The notes under the pieces: generated by a model | Database searches by the model: none | The model's input: only the letters and a program-made list of their open reading frames with translations | What the model was told of the DNA's origin: nothing | DNA from: a virus | Lineage: Duplodnaviria > Caudoviricetes | Virus record (IMG/VR): IMGVR_UViG_3300013131_004046 | Coordinates: 1 to 59,794 of that record | Reading direction: 5' to 3' (one strand) | DNA length: 59,794 nt | Translations under genes and position numbers: made by a program | In this document: positions 28,045 to 38,788 of the stretch, piece by piece | Position numbering within the stretch: position 1 is the stretch's first letter | How the letters are laid out: each line of letters starts with the position of its first letter

Positions 28045-29937
28045 TTAAAGTTTTTTTCCCGTTGATGTCATTGGTAAAACTTGACCGTTTGGTAAGTAAA
28101 CGCCAAAATCAGTCAAAGCTTCAACCTTTCCATTTTCATCATCTTCTTTTTTTGCACCTTTTAATTGACCAAAAACAGAAACTAACCCCAAGTTGGCACT
28201 TCCATCAGGCATAGCCCCAGTAGGTAATCCTAATTTTTGATATTCTTCAATTACATTAACAAATGCTCTTGACGCAGAAAATCCACCCAATAATTTTGTT
28301 GCGATTAATAGAGGTTTTGGTATTGTATTTCCAAAAAATCCACCAACTATTTTTAATAATGCTAATATTTCATCAACAACACTTTTACACTGTCTATAAT
28401 CTTTGATTAATCTTGCAACAGTTGTTAGTAACTCAATTAATCTCAAAATGACCCTAGTTCTCGTTTCATTTTTTTCATTTGTAACATCTAAAATAAGTGC
28501 TTGAATTAAAGATTGAATGTCTGCTTTAATAATTTTAAAAAGTTCCTTAACAAAGATTGCACCTATTTCAGAAATTATATTAGAAACTAAAGTAGCCATT
28601 TTAATTGCAAATGACATAAGTGAATCAATAATGTCAAAAACTGAATTACCCAATGCTTTCAGAAAGATTGCAATTGGTAAAATAACTTTGGGTGAAAACA
28701 AAGCGTAGAAAATGGCTTTTGGAATTGTTTTTAAAAGGTCTTTGTCGAAACTTATTTTGATACCAAAACCATTCTCGTTGTTTTGAGGTATAACAGCAGA
28801 TACTGCGTTATTAATAGTTTCATCAACCGTTTGGTCAGGCACAAAAACAAATTGATTTATTGCCTCAGTAACCAAACTAGGAACCACCGGTAAAGTAACG
28901 TTATCACAATCAACAAAATTAATAATCCCTTGATGTATGTTTGATATTGTTTCTTCAATTTCACTGATATCTATACTTGTAAATTGAAAGAAAGAATCAT
29001 CAAAATTATCGAGTTCAGATGTTTTTGATGCTCCCATAACATCTATTTCTTGATTTTCATCGAAACATAAACCTAACATTCTTTGAAGTATAATTTCAAA
29101 TTTTTTCATGTCCCCTATTTGTAAATCTCCAGAACCTATCTGTATTTGTAAAAATCCTGTAAGAATATCCATCAAACGGGCAACAACATTATTGAAATCA
29201 AGAATATCTAAACTAGCATAATAATCTTGTAATGCTTCTTGGATGTTATTTATACCTTGTCTTGGAATTAATTTAACTTTGAAAAAATCTCCCGCATTTC
29301 CGTTACCATCAAAGTTTGTGTACTCAATGTCAAACAAATCTTGTTTTGATGCTCCTTGATAAAATACACCGTATTCAGTAGAGAAAGGAACATTTGGTTG
29401 TTGTAATCTATTCCACAACTCTTTGTTCATTGCAAAAGGAACGGACCCAACGTTGATGCCGTACTTTTCGTATAATATTTTATTTTCGTCGGTTGAAGGA
29501 TTTAATTTCAACATATTAAAAAGATCTACCGATCTTACTTTTATGTATAATATTTGGTTAGATTGATAAGTTTGATCTTGTCCGCATCCTATGGCATTTA
29601 CCGCCTCTTTTGTTAAAATCTCAAACAGTTTTGGTTTACAATTTGAAATTGTTCTAGCAAAAACTTTTTTCAAATATTCAATAGTGTTTCTTGGCTTACT
29701 GTTTGACGCGGTAGAAATGTCAACCAATTCATCAATTTGTGTTTTTTGATTTCTTTGTGATCTATTTTTGTTTTTTTTTGCTTCCGAAAGAGATCTAGTG
29801 TTTTTTTTAGAATTTTCTTCTTCGTTATCTCCTTTTTTGTCCGATAACTTTCTGATGTCTTTTTTAATTTGGTTATAAGTTTTTGCCGCATTAATTTTGG
29901 TTTTAACTTCACTATAACTAAATTTTAAATCTGCCAT
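28045..29937 (-). CDS. Hypothetical protein (possibly baseplate-associated)
   Basis: 630-aa ORF upstream of the spike-like gene. Confidence 0.75.
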   Translation of the reverse strand: MADLKFSYSEVKTKINAAKTYNQIKKDIRKLSDKKGDNEEENSKKNTRSLSEAKKNKNRSQRNQKTQIDELVDISTASNSKPRNTIEYLKKVFARTISNCKPKLFEILTKEAVNAIGCGQDQTYQSNQILYIKVRSVDLFNMLKLNPSTDENKILYEKYGINVGSVPFAMNKELWNRLQQPNVPFSTEYGVFYQGASKQDLFDIEYTNFDGNGNAGDFFKVKLIPRQGINNIQEALQDYYASLDILDFNNVVARLMDILTGFLQIQIGSGDLQIGDMKKFEIILQRMLGLCFDENQEIDVMGASKTSELDNFDDSFFQFTSIDISEIEETISNIHQGIINFVDCDNVTLPVVPSLVTEAINQFVFVPDQTVDETINNAVSAVIPQNNENGFGIKISFDKDLLKTIPKAIFYALFSPKVILPIAIFLKALGNSVFDIIDSLMSFAIKMATLVSNIISEIGAIFVKELFKIIKADIQSLIQALILDVTNEKNETRTRVILRLIELLTTVARLIKDYRQCKSVVDEILALLKIVGGFFGNTIPKPLLIATKLLGGFSASRAFVNVIEEYQKLGLPTGAMPDGSANLGLVSVFGQLKGAKKEDDENGKVEALTDFGVYLPNGQVLPMTSTGKKL

Positions 29938-29938
29938 C

Positions 29939-30310
29939 TTACTTATTTATTTTGTATGTTGAGCTGTTGTGGATGTCTTTTTGTAAAAGAGTTTTGAACG
30001 CATCGTCGTCTATATCCAAATCAGAAATAGAAAAATCTTCTTCTTTTTCTGAAGTTTTCTGCCACATTTGTGATTGTAATTTTGAAAGGGTTAATTTTTT
30101 TTCAACACAATCATTTATAATTTTTTGTTGTTTTTCAATGACAGGTCCAATCAAAGTCATGTCTTCCGGTTCTTTCATCATTGTCAACATTTTGTTTTGG
30201 ATCCTAATTGCGGTATTTCTTTGCTCTACAAGTTCATTATAGATTTCTTGCATCAAAGATAACATAGATTCTTTACTTAAATTGATTTGTTTTTTCTGTG
30301 GTCTAGGCAT
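29939..30310 (-). CDS. Hypothetical coiled-coil protein
   Basis: 123-aa ORF. Confidence 0.7.
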   Translation of the reverse strand: MPRPQKKQINLSKESMLSLMQEIYNELVEQRNTAIRIQNKMLTMMKEPEDMTLIGPVIEKQQKIINDCVEKKLTLSKLQSQMWQKTSEKEEDFSISDLDIDDDAFKTLLQKDIHNSSTYKINK

Positions 30311-30324
30311 AATAAAGGTCTTTA

Positions 30325-31074
30325 TTATTTATATATTTCAGAAATTATTTCTTGGTAAAGTTTCTTATATTTTTTAAGAGAAACTCGTATTTCTTTGGTA
30401 GACAAATTAGTCATTTCTCTTATTTCAAAAAGTATAACATTTTTGTTAAATTTGTTATTACTACTTGCATCTATAAAAATGGAATTATAATTTTCAAATA
30501 TGTCTACTAAAGCTTCTCCCAATCTATATTCTTGTTCTGTCACATTAGTTTCCTCAATCATTTCACTTAGCTTACTCAAAAACTTTTTAATAACTTCTTC
30601 AGTAGACACAACATCATTATCGATGTGGTATATCATATCTGGAGTATTTAATAAATCCGAGGAAATATCTTCATAGGATATTTTCCGATTCATTTCTTTT
30701 TGATCTTTAAGAATTTGACCCATAAGATAGTTTTTACAAATGGTACCAAAGTAAGAATATGCCTTCTTTTCTTTGGCCGGTTTGAACTTGTCAATTTTGG
30801 TCATTAAAAACGAATGTGTGTCGATATGAATTTCATCAAAATTCATATCCTTTCTGTATAACTTATATCGTCGTATAATTGACGATATCATTTTATCTAA
30901 AGGGTCTTTTAGAAATTCATTATAGATCTTATTTTTTTCATCGAAAGTAGTTGCCGATAGATATAATCTTACGGCAACTTCCTCTCGTTCATCAAAATAT
31001 TTGTTTTCTTTAGCTTTTCTCCCTTTCTTTTTCTTTTCACTCGGTTGATCTTGTATGTTAGTTTCTAAAATCAT
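30325..31074 (-). CDS. Sigma-factor-like protein (possible gp55-like late sigma)
   Basis: Region-2-like KIDKFKP...KAYSYFGTICKNYL and a C-terminal helix-turn-helix-like REMTNLSTKEIR. Confidence 0.55.
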   Translation of the reverse strand: MILETNIQDQPSEKKKKGRKAKENKYFDEREEVAVRLYLSATTFDEKNKIYNEFLKDPLDKMISSIIRRYKLYRKDMNFDEIHIDTHSFLMTKIDKFKPAKEKKAYSYFGTICKNYLMGQILKDQKEMNRKISYEDISSDLLNTPDMIYHIDNDVVSTEEVIKKFLSKLSEMIEETNVTEQEYRLGEALVDIFENYNSIFIDASSNNKFNKNVILFEIREMTNLSTKEIRVSLKKYKKLYQEIISEIYK

Positions 31075-31877
31075 TAAACCTCTTGAGGTTCATAATTTAT
31101 TTCTCTAAGATTTGTGTAGAAATATTCTTTCTTTGCAGATTCAACCCAGAATTTAACTTCATCTGGAGTTAACTTATTTTCCCCATTTTTGTAATTCCAA
31201 AAAATAGATCCTTCTCTCATGTTTGTGTGTTTGTATCCAATTTTAGGTATAGTTAATACTTTATGACCGTTTGTCAACCTCAATAAGAATTCATAACCAA
31301 AAGTAAGTTTAATATTTCCTTTTAACCCACCTATATTTTCAAAAACATCTTTTTTAATTACCATTCCCGAAATTTGGAAATTTTGATAATTTAAAAGAGT
31401 TTCTGTTGATAGATACCCCATTTCTTGCGAAATGTTGGATGCAAATGTTGCCTCATTTGTGAAACCAACAAAAACACCCATGTCGTTAGTATCAACAACA
31501 ATTGGTAAGAATGCGCTTATATCATTATAAATATCTGAATACTTATGAACATTCCTAAACCAAATATTGGAATACTCATCATCAAATTCATAAAAAGAAA
31601 CAAAATCAGAAGTCGCAATTTTTACTCCTTGATTAATTTGGTTGCAGAAATTTGGTTCTTTGGTCCACAATTCTTTAACCACATTTATATTTCCAAAATC
31701 GTAAGAATTTAAAAAATTAACTAATTCGGTTTCATCTGTGTGAACTATAACTAATTCATTGTATTGATCTGTCTGTGCTGATAATGACACAATACATTTG
31801 TCAAAATACTCTTTAAATGTTGTTGGTTTACCAGACCTAATTGGTAAAATAACTGATATTGATTTTTTTTGTTCCAT
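31074..31877 (-). CDS. GT-A fold (GT2-like) glycosyltransferase
   Basis: ISVILP N-terminus, N.G, EFDDEY (DxD-like), F..IGG. Confidence 0.75.
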   Translation of the reverse strand: MEQKKSISVILPIRSGKPTTFKEYFDKCIVSLSAQTDQYNELVIVHTDETELVNFLNSYDFGNINVVKELWTKEPNFCNQINQGVKIATSDFVSFYEFDDEYSNIWFRNVHKYSDIYNDISAFLPIVVDTNDMGVFVGFTNEATFASNISQEMGYLSTETLLNYQNFQISGMVIKKDVFENIGGLKGNIKLTFGYEFLLRLTNGHKVLTIPKIGYKHTNMREGSIFWNYKNGENKLTPDEVKFWVESAKKEYFYTNLREINYEPQEV

Positions 31878-32941
31878 TATTCTTCTATTGTTTGAAATTT
31901 ATTTAATTGTGATTCAAAGTTTGTAGTTCTTGTTACAAAAATTTCTGTGAATAACTTTTCTACCTCTTCTACAAAATTTTCTTTTGTTTGTTGTTCTTTA
32001 ATTGTCTTTTCCATTTCAGAATATAAATCAGGACTAATGTTGTCTTCTAACCAATTCTGAATGAAATCTGCTAAAACGTCAACAATCATTAGTTGGTTAT
32101 TTACCCATATACCATTGTTTTCGTTCATCCAATCAGGAACTAAATTTGGTGTCAATCCTACAACAGGAACACCCATACTAAATGACTCAAGAGGGAATGT
32201 ACCAAAACCACTAATTTCGTCTACCCATACTGAAACAAAACTATCTTTTATTCCATCAGCAAATTCTTTTTCTGAAAGACCTCTTAGGTCTCTGAAAGTA
32301 ATCCATCGATATTGCGGGTATTTTGAATAAAAAGTTTTAACTAAATTAGTTGTATCTCTTTGATCTCTAGTGTGGATTGTTACAATTGTTTTTGGAGGCA
32401 TCGTTTGTTTTTCAAAAGTTTCAGAAATGTATGGTCTAATTACATCATAAGATAAGTTTCTTACAACTGATTGGATATACTCTTTTTGTTTTTCACTTGT
32501 TGTAATACATTTGAAGAATCCTAAAAGTGGCCAACTTTGTCCTGGGTTTAAGGTTTCAAAAATGTAATCATAGGACTGACAAAGTACTATTTTTCCACAT
32601 GGTAAATTCATTATTTGATCCATAACAAAACCATAAATTTCAGGCACAATAATTAAATCATCAGGAGATACTTCTAAGTTAGTACCCTCAATAGCTGAAT
32701 GAGGTAATTCGTCCATGTAACTTTGACCTAACCAATTTGAAACCCCGAAATAATCAGGTTTTTCGTGTAACATTGTAGGATTATATCCTTTGTCTTTTAA
32801 CGCCATAGCCATTTGATAAATGTAACGTAAGGATGCTTTTGCATTTCCTTTTGTGTCTTGCACAATGAAATAAATTCTTGATTGTTTATTTTTCATTCTC
32901 AAGATTGAATCTTCTAATTTTTTGATTTGATTGTTATCCAT
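31877..32941 (-). CDS. GT-B fold (GT4-like) glycosyltransferase
   Basis: DLIIVPE and SGFGTFPLESFSMGVPVVG (E-x7-E-like region). Confidence 0.7.
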   Translation of the reverse strand: MDNNQIKKLEDSILRMKNKQSRIYFIVQDTKGNAKASLRYIYQMAMALKDKGYNPTMLHEKPDYFGVSNWLGQSYMDELPHSAIEGTNLEVSPDDLIIVPEIYGFVMDQIMNLPCGKIVLCQSYDYIFETLNPGQSWPLLGFFKCITTSEKQKEYIQSVVRNLSYDVIRPYISETFEKQTMPPKTIVTIHTRDQRDTTNLVKTFYSKYPQYRWITFRDLRGLSEKEFADGIKDSFVSVWVDEISGFGTFPLESFSMGVPVVGLTPNLVPDWMNENNGIWVNNQLMIVDVLADFIQNWLEDNISPDLYSEMEKTIKEQQTKENFVEEVEKLFTEIFVTRTTNFESQLNKFQTIEE

Positions 32942-32946
32942 AAAAT

Positions 32947-33201
32947 TTAATATTTATTTATTATTTTTTTATTTAGTAATGTATTAAACGCAAGTTTAAA
33001 AGACGGTGTTAATGCGGATGATTTTAAACCTAGAGTGTCATCTATGTTTTCCGCTTCAGTTAAAATTGTTTCTAACATAAATTTAACTGTTTCATATTTA
33101 ATTAAATGAATTTGAGTTTCCCCTGTTGTTTCCTTTAATTCGCATTCATCAACTATTTTATCTAAGTCGATGTAGTAGTTTTCATTAAAAATTGTAAACA
33201 T
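32947..33201 (-). CDS. Hypothetical protein (start probably MFTIFNENYY)
   Basis: Short ORF within the operon. Confidence 0.65.
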   Translation of the reverse strand: MFTIFNENYYIDLDKIVDECELKETTGETQIHLIKYETVKFMLETILTEAENIDDTLGLKSSALTPSFKLAFNTLLNKKIINKY

Positions 33202-33847
33202 TAGTAATTTCTTCAATTGTTTTTTCTAAATCTGATAAACTTTCAATCTCAAATTCAGAACTCACATGTTTATTGTAATCAGTTTTGAATTTTATCAAAA
33301 CTTTTCCGTTTGGTTTGTTTAATAATAAATCAGGATTAGCCGTAAGTAAAATGTCAATTTTGTCCCACATCAATTTTTTTGTTACTTGACTATAAAAAAA
33401 TACTTCCTCAACAAGACAACCAAACTTGGAAAGAAAAAATAAAGAAGATGGTTTAGATTTACCGATCTCATCTGATACTATTTTAATTTCAAAATTATCT
33501 CTATGTTTATAATAAAATTCATTTAAAATCAAAAAAGTGTTCATTTCCGTAGATTGGGCATGCCCAAATAATTCCATGGTATATTCCTCATACATAAAAG
33601 AGTACAAATCCTCTTTAGTTGGAAAAGTAAAATGATCGAGTAAATCTAAAGAAGTTACTTCACTTTTTATTTCATATTTGAAATTTGTTGTTAATATCGC
33701 TTCATTTAAATTACCATCATCATCAATGTTGTAAATTTGATTTTGTGAGTCAACATCTTGGGACTCAATCAAATTTTTTTCATAGAGTTGTTTAAACTTT
33801 GAAATAGTATCCCTCAAAACCCCATTAATTTCTATACCAAGTTTCAT
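33185..33847 (-). CDS. HAD-like 5'(3')-deoxyribonucleotidase homologue with a degenerate motif I
   Basis: LGIEINGVLRD (cf. IGIDIDGVL), DILL.., F..DYNK. Confidence 0.6.
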   Translation of the reverse strand: MKLGIEINGVLRDTISKFKQLYEKNLIESQDVDSQNQIYNIDDDGNLNEAILTTNFKYEIKSEVTSLDLLDHFTFPTKEDLYSFMYEEYTMELFGHAQSTEMNTFLILNEFYYKHRDNFEIKIVSDEIGKSKPSSLFFLSKFGCLVEEVFFYSQVTKKLMWDKIDILLTANPDLLLNKPNGKVLIKFKTDYNKHVSSEFEIESLSDLEKTIEEITNVYNF

Positions 33848-33850
33848 ATC

Positions 33851-34570
33851 TTACTCGTCGTATTTTTTCAGAATTTTAGTTATCAAAGGATTTCTAACCA
33901 CATCATTTTGATTAAATTCAAAAGTTGAAATGTCATTCATAAAATTAAATCTTGTTATTGCATCGTATAAACCAGATTGTTTTATATCTTTATATCTGTC
34001 AGTTTGTTCTAAATCTCCTGAGATAAAGAACTTACTGTTGAACCCAATTCTTGTTAGTAATAACTTCATTTGATTCGGAGTTGAGTTTTGAGCTTCCTCA
34101 AAAATTAAAATTGAATTATCAATATTCATACCTCTCATATACGCCAATGCAAACACCTCAACCACTTCAATATCTTTTAATTTTTCTCTTGCTTCCTTAC
34201 CAATAATTTTGTTTAGAAGATAATATGAAGGGAAGATATACGGGTCTAATTTTTCTTCCAAGTTTCCTGGTAATGCTCCTAATTTTTCTTCCGCCTCTAC
34301 GGCTGGTCTAACAATAATTATTTTTTCATAACCATTTGATGTATCTGTCAATAAATCAACAGCGGCTTTCATTGCAATATAACTTTTACCAACACCAGCA
34401 GGACCTGAACATATAGTAATTTGATTACTAATTAATTTTTGATAGTACTCTCTTTGATTGTCCGTAAGAAATTTATTTTTTTGTTTCTTTTTGATTATGG
34501 AATTTATGAGGTCTTTTTTTGTTTGATGACTAATTTGATTTTCCTCATGGGCAACTTTTTTTCTATTCAT
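33851..34570 (-). CDS. phoH: PhoH-like ATPase
   Basis: GPAGVGKS, RPAVEAEEKLGALPG, LAYMRG, EEAQN, LLTRIG, GDLEQTD, VVRNPLI. Confidence 0.95.
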   Translation of the reverse strand: MNRKKVAHEENQISHQTKKDLINSIIKKKQKNKFLTDNQREYYQKLISNQITICSGPAGVGKSYIAMKAAVDLLTDTSNGYEKIIIVRPAVEAEEKLGALPGNLEEKLDPYIFPSYYLLNKIIGKEAREKLKDIEVVEVFALAYMRGMNIDNSILIFEEAQNSTPNQMKLLLTRIGFNSKFFISGDLEQTDRYKDIKQSGLYDAITRFNFMNDISTFEFNQNDVVRNPLITKILKKYDE

Positions 34571-34638
34571 TTAATAAATGTTAAGTTTTATTTTTTATAA
34601 CTTAAAATAAAAATTTAAAAAGAAAATCTTTTTGTCCT

Positions 34639-35268
34639 TTATACATTACCTCCACCGGATTGTGGGACGTAAATTAAAATTTCATTTATGTATTTTTTTT
34701 TGGGTATTGTATCCCATAATTTTTTTACCACTCGAAAATCCGAGCATTTCCATGAGTCCCAATTAGCAAAACTTTTGTACTTATTGTGAAATGTAAAACA
34801 AGGAGATCCTATAAAATTTTTTACAGGACCATTTCTTATGTCGTTTTTCTTTGGTACTACAAATCCATTGGAAAATTTCATAGCCCAAATTATTAAAGTG
34901 TCTTCATCTGAATTTTGTATTTCATTAGAAATTATTTGAAGGGAATTTTCAGAAATAAATTTGTCGTCATCGTCAAGATACATTATCCATCCGTCATTAA
35001 CTTTTTCTTGTAGAAAATTCATATATAAATTATATGGTGCAAAAGGACCGGTTTTTGGATCTTTACTAATTGGTTCAGCTAATAATTTTTCTTTATCGAT
35101 TAGATAAGAATTTTTTATTTTTAGTTCCTCGACATATTTGAGCGTCTCATTGTTATCAGAGCAAACCAAGTGGTTAAAATCTGAACATGATTGTGATTTT
35201 AAATTTTGAATTAACTCTGTAAAAGATTTTTCTCTATTTGAGGTTCTTGTCAAAATATTTATCATCAA
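34639..35268 (-). CDS. GT2-like glycosyltransferase
   Basis: INILTRTSNR, WIMYLDDDD. Confidence 0.75.
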   Translation of the reverse strand: MMINILTRTSNREKSFTELIQNLKSQSCSDFNHLVCSDNNETLKYVEELKIKNSYLIDKEKLLAEPISKDPKTGPFAPYNLYMNFLQEKVNDGWIMYLDDDDKFISENSLQIISNEIQNSDEDTLIIWAMKFSNGFVVPKKNDIRNGPVKNFIGSPCFTFHNKYKSFANWDSWKCSDFRVVKKLWDTIPKKKYINEILIYVPQSGGGNV

Positions 35269-36779
35269 GCTAACGGAATTAATCTATCTTTTATTTTTTC
35301 AAAATTTTTAATGGCAAAAGGTACTAAATTGTTTACGTAATCAAAATGTAATTTTTTTAATTTTGTATCTTCTAAATCTCTTGTTTTAGATTCATAATGA
35401 TATGCAACACAATTACTACACGTAAAATTTTTAAAACCATTCATCAAAACAGTTGCATTCAATTCAACATCCTCAAAACAAGAGGTATAATTTTGATTGA
35501 ACATTCCTAAATTTATAAAAACATTTTTTCGAATCATAAGTAATGCTGCGGTGTTTCCAAAACTTTCTTTTGTTGACAAACTGTAATTATAATAAGACCT
35601 AATACTATGATGACCCACACCTAACTGGTTAGTGTTTTTATGAACTCCCATAAAGATTCCATCATGTTGAACAGTGTTGTCTTCAAAATGTAAACGAGCA
35701 CCAACAGTTCCGGCTTTCACATTATTTTCAAATACAGATAACATTCCTGTGATAACATCATTCAAAACTACGACATCATTATTACAAAAAAGTAAAAATG
35801 TGTAATCATCATTAACGTGTCTTTTAACCACATGATTGTTTATTTTTGAAAAATTATAATAATCGTACTCAATGAACTTTACGTTTATTTTGTTTGTCAA
35901 ATAATCTCTTATTTCTTTTTTTTCTTTTTCTGTTGATCCAGTATCGGCAACAAAAATATCAAAAACAGCACTGTCACAATTTTTGTAAAAAGAATCAATA
36001 CAATTTTTTAAAAGATCTACGTTACCTTTAGTTGGTATAATAATAGCAACTTTACCAAATTTTTTAAACTTTTTAGTTTTTATTTCAGGTACATATATGG
36101 TTTCAGGTTTTAAATCCAATGGTAAAAATTTACCAAACTTATTCAGAAACTCTTCTTTAGTTTCATAAAATTCTTTGTTGGGCTCGCCTATAGAGTTATG
36201 TGTAATCTCAAATGAAAAAGTAACACCAATTTTAACACCTTCCAAATAATTTGACAAAGAAAAACAATGGTCGTAAAAATGGAATCTACCTATTGTTTCA
36301 TCAAATAAATGTTTTATTTTATTTTTATTAAATGATATAAATAACCCATCCACGGTAACAACAGGAACAACAAAAGGGAATTTTGCCGAATATTTATTTA
36401 ACCATTTTTTATTTTTTTCAGGATTGTGATAAACATGACCAACCATTGTCTCTGACATTTTTTCCCAATAGATCCCTGAAGATGATAAATAAGAAGACCC
36501 CGCTTTTCCAATTACACCAAATTCGGGGTAATTAGAAAAATCATTCAAAAGTTTTTTACCCCAGTTTTTTTCTAACTTTATATCGTTGTGACAACAAACA
36601 ACTATTTCGTATTTAGATTCTGTTATCCCACTATTATAAACCTCTGCAAGCGAAAATTCATTGTTATTGAGATACTCCAAAATCTGTACATCTTTTATTC
36701 CTACGGTAGACAAAAGATGTGACCTAAAATTTTTATTGTATTCTTGATCTCTATGTGTTGAGTAAATTATTGTAATCAT
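35265..36779 (-). CDS. Two-domain glycosyltransferase (Glyco_transf_2_5-like + GT2)
   Basis: CHNDI, VDGLF, FHFYD; second domain IIIPT, DTGS, NNDV, FEDVELN, HYES. Confidence 0.8.
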   Translation of the reverse strand: MITIIYSTHRDQEYNKNFRSHLLSTVGIKDVQILEYLNNNEFSLAEVYNSGITESKYEIVVCCHNDIKLEKNWGKKLLNDFSNYPEFGVIGKAGSSYLSSSGIYWEKMSETMVGHVYHNPEKNKKWLNKYSAKFPFVVPVVTVDGLFISFNKNKIKHLFDETIGRFHFYDHCFSLSNYLEGVKIGVTFSFEITHNSIGEPNKEFYETKEEFLNKFGKFLPLDLKPETIYVPEIKTKKFKKFGKVAIIIPTKGNVDLLKNCIDSFYKNCDSAVFDIFVADTGSTEKEKKEIRDYLTNKINVKFIEYDYYNFSKINNHVVKRHVNDDYTFLLFCNNDVVVLNDVITGMLSVFENNVKAGTVGARLHFEDNTVQHDGIFMGVHKNTNQLGVGHHSIRSYYNYSLSTKESFGNTAALLMIRKNVFINLGMFNQNYTSCFEDVELNATVLMNGFKNFTCSNCVAYHYESKTRDLEDTKLKKLHFDYVNNLVPFAIKNFEKIKDRLIPLA

Positions 36780-37471
36780 TTTAATTTATCTAAAAACCCT
36801 TCATTGTTATCGTATAATCTATTGATTTCTTGTTCGTCAGTATAGTAATGCCAACTTAATTTCATTTTTATATTTTCTTCAGATAATCTTTCTGCAAATT
36901 TTTTATACCTATCAATTGTATATCTTTTTCCCAAAAATTTATAGTGAAACATATCATAATTTTTGCAAAATTTTAAGACACCAACTGGATTAGATTTGTG
37001 ACAACCATAATTGTAGTTTATTTCTTCAATTTTTTTTCTATTAAAAAGTAAAATTTTATCATAGTTTTCATCATGCCATCCATAAGATATATTTTCTAAA
37101 TCATCATCATTAAAATTCATTAAATTATATCCATTGAATTTAAAAATAGTACATTCATTTTTTTCTTCTTTTTTCAATTGTTCTTCGTTAATTTGAATTA
37201 ACTCATCACAATCACATACAACTACCCATTCAGTTTCAGAATCTTTCCAACAACTATTTTTTATCTCAATCAGTTTTATATCTGAAAATTTATTATTAGT
37301 ATCATAAAATATAACTGTACACCCAAATGATTTTGCAATCTCTACAGTTTTATCTGTTGAATAATTATCAAATATTACAATTTTACAGTTTGGGAAATTT
37401 TTTCTATAATGATTTATAAAAAATTCAATGAATAATTCTTCGTTATATGTAATTGTATAAACTGTAACCAT
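36776..37471 (-). CDS. GT2-like glycosyltransferase
   Basis: YNEE, DNYSTDKT, WVVVCDCDE. Confidence 0.8.
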   Translation of the reverse strand: MVTVYTITYNEELFIEFFINHYRKNFPNCKIVIFDNYSTDKTVEIAKSFGCTVIFYDTNNKFSDIKLIEIKNSCWKDSETEWVVVCDCDELIQINEEQLKKEEKNECTIFKFNGYNLMNFNDDDLENISYGWHDENYDKILLFNRKKIEEINYNYGCHKSNPVGVLKFCKNYDMFHYKFLGKRYTIDRYKKFAERLSEENIKMKLSWHYYTDEQEINRLYDNNEGFLDKLK

Positions 37472-37477
37472 TTGATT

Positions 37478-38056
37478 TTAAATTAAACCTGTACTACCAA
37501 ATCCATTTTCGTTTCTGTCTTTATTCTGTATAGCACCAACCTCAACCAAATTTATCCATTTACCACAAACAACAGGACAAAGTATTGCTTGGGCAATTTT
37601 TTGACCCTTTTTTATTGTGATTGGTAACTCTGAAGTATTAAACAATATTACACGTAGTTCGCCTGTGTATCCTTGATCAACCGTACCAGGTGAGTTCAAA
37701 ACCATTATACCATCTTTAAGGGCTAAACCACTTTTGGACCTTATTTGAATTTCGTAATGCTCTGGTATATTAAGTTTAATTCCTGTTGAAAATATATCTC
37801 TACCAAAAGGTTTTAATTTTTTTTCTTCCACACTATATAAATCAAATCCTGAATCAGTGTCGTATGCGTAATTTAAACTCTTCACCTCATCTTCCATTTT
37901 GACATATGAAACTTCTAATTTTTGGACTTCGCCGTTCAAAACCTCATTTAACATACTCATATCTAATCCAAAATTTTCCATGATAAGATCGTAGTCAATC
38001 TCATCTTCTTCGTTAAAAATTTCATTTAACATTTTTTCATTTTCGTTTTGCTCCAT
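37478..38056 (-). CDS. dut: Trimeric dUTPase with an acidic N-terminal extension
   Basis: SGFDL, RSKSGLA, NSPGTVDQGYTGE, IAQ, R.ENGFGSTG. Confidence 0.93.
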   Translation of the reverse strand: MEQNENEKMLNEIFNEEDEIDYDLIMENFGLDMSMLNEVLNGEVQKLEVSYVKMEDEVKSLNYAYDTDSGFDLYSVEEKKLKPFGRDIFSTGIKLNIPEHYEIQIRSKSGLALKDGIMVLNSPGTVDQGYTGELRVILFNTSELPITIKKGQKIAQAILCPVVCGKWINLVEVGAIQNKDRNENGFGSTGLI

Positions 38057-38062
38057 AATTTT

Positions 38063-38788
38063 TTATTTTAAACTTTTTAATTTCATTATTGCCTCAATTA
38101 AAACCTCAACATCTTTTTCACAATATTCTGAAATTTCTTTTAATTTATTATGAGACCAATATGAATCATGGACCATACTACCATTAACCTCACCGTCTTT
38201 TGGTGTGGGTATGTCTAAACAAGCACACATCAAATCCAAAGAACCGATTGCGGTATATGCACCATATTGCCATATTTCTTTTGTATCAATTGCCTTAACC
38301 TCCCATGGTTTAGTATCATAAGACGGAAGTATTTTTGAGGGCATGATTCCATTAATGATCATTCGTTTTGCTAACATTGGAATGTCAAAATTTTTTAGGT
38401 TGTGTCCACACAAATAAAAATCTAACTTCTGACAACGATTTAATAAATCTCTAACTTCAGTAAGAAGTTTATACTCATCGTCACTTGAAAAAGTTTGTTT
38501 TTTTGTTTCGCCATTCTCCAAAACAAATGCCATAGAAACACAAACAATTTTTGCAAATTCAGGAACAAGTGCCGCTCGTTTTTTGAAAACAAGATCCATA
38601 TGTTCTTCAGTTGTTTTATCAATCCCCAACTCTTTGTCCTCGGGAAATCTTTTTAAAAACCAATCAAAATATTTGTCAAATTGTTCGGCAACTCGTGGGT
38701 TTGAATTTATACAAGTTTGATAGTCGGCACAACCACCAACCGTTTCAATGTCAATAAATAAAATTTTTTGTAGTGGGATATTAATCAT
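38063..38788 (-). CDS. Stand-alone DEDDy 3'-5' exonuclease (PolB-exo-like)
   Basis: FIDIETV, GHNLKNFDIP, YCEKDV. Confidence 0.88.
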   Translation of the reverse strand: MINIPLQKILFIDIETVGGCADYQTCINSNPRVAEQFDKYFDWFLKRFPEDKELGIDKTTEEHMDLVFKKRAALVPEFAKIVCVSMAFVLENGETKKQTFSSDDEYKLLTEVRDLLNRCQKLDFYLCGHNLKNFDIPMLAKRMIINGIMPSKILPSYDTKPWEVKAIDTKEIWQYGAYTAIGSLDLMCACLDIPTPKDGEVNGSMVHDSYWSHNKLKEISEYCEKDVEVLIEAIMKLKSLK

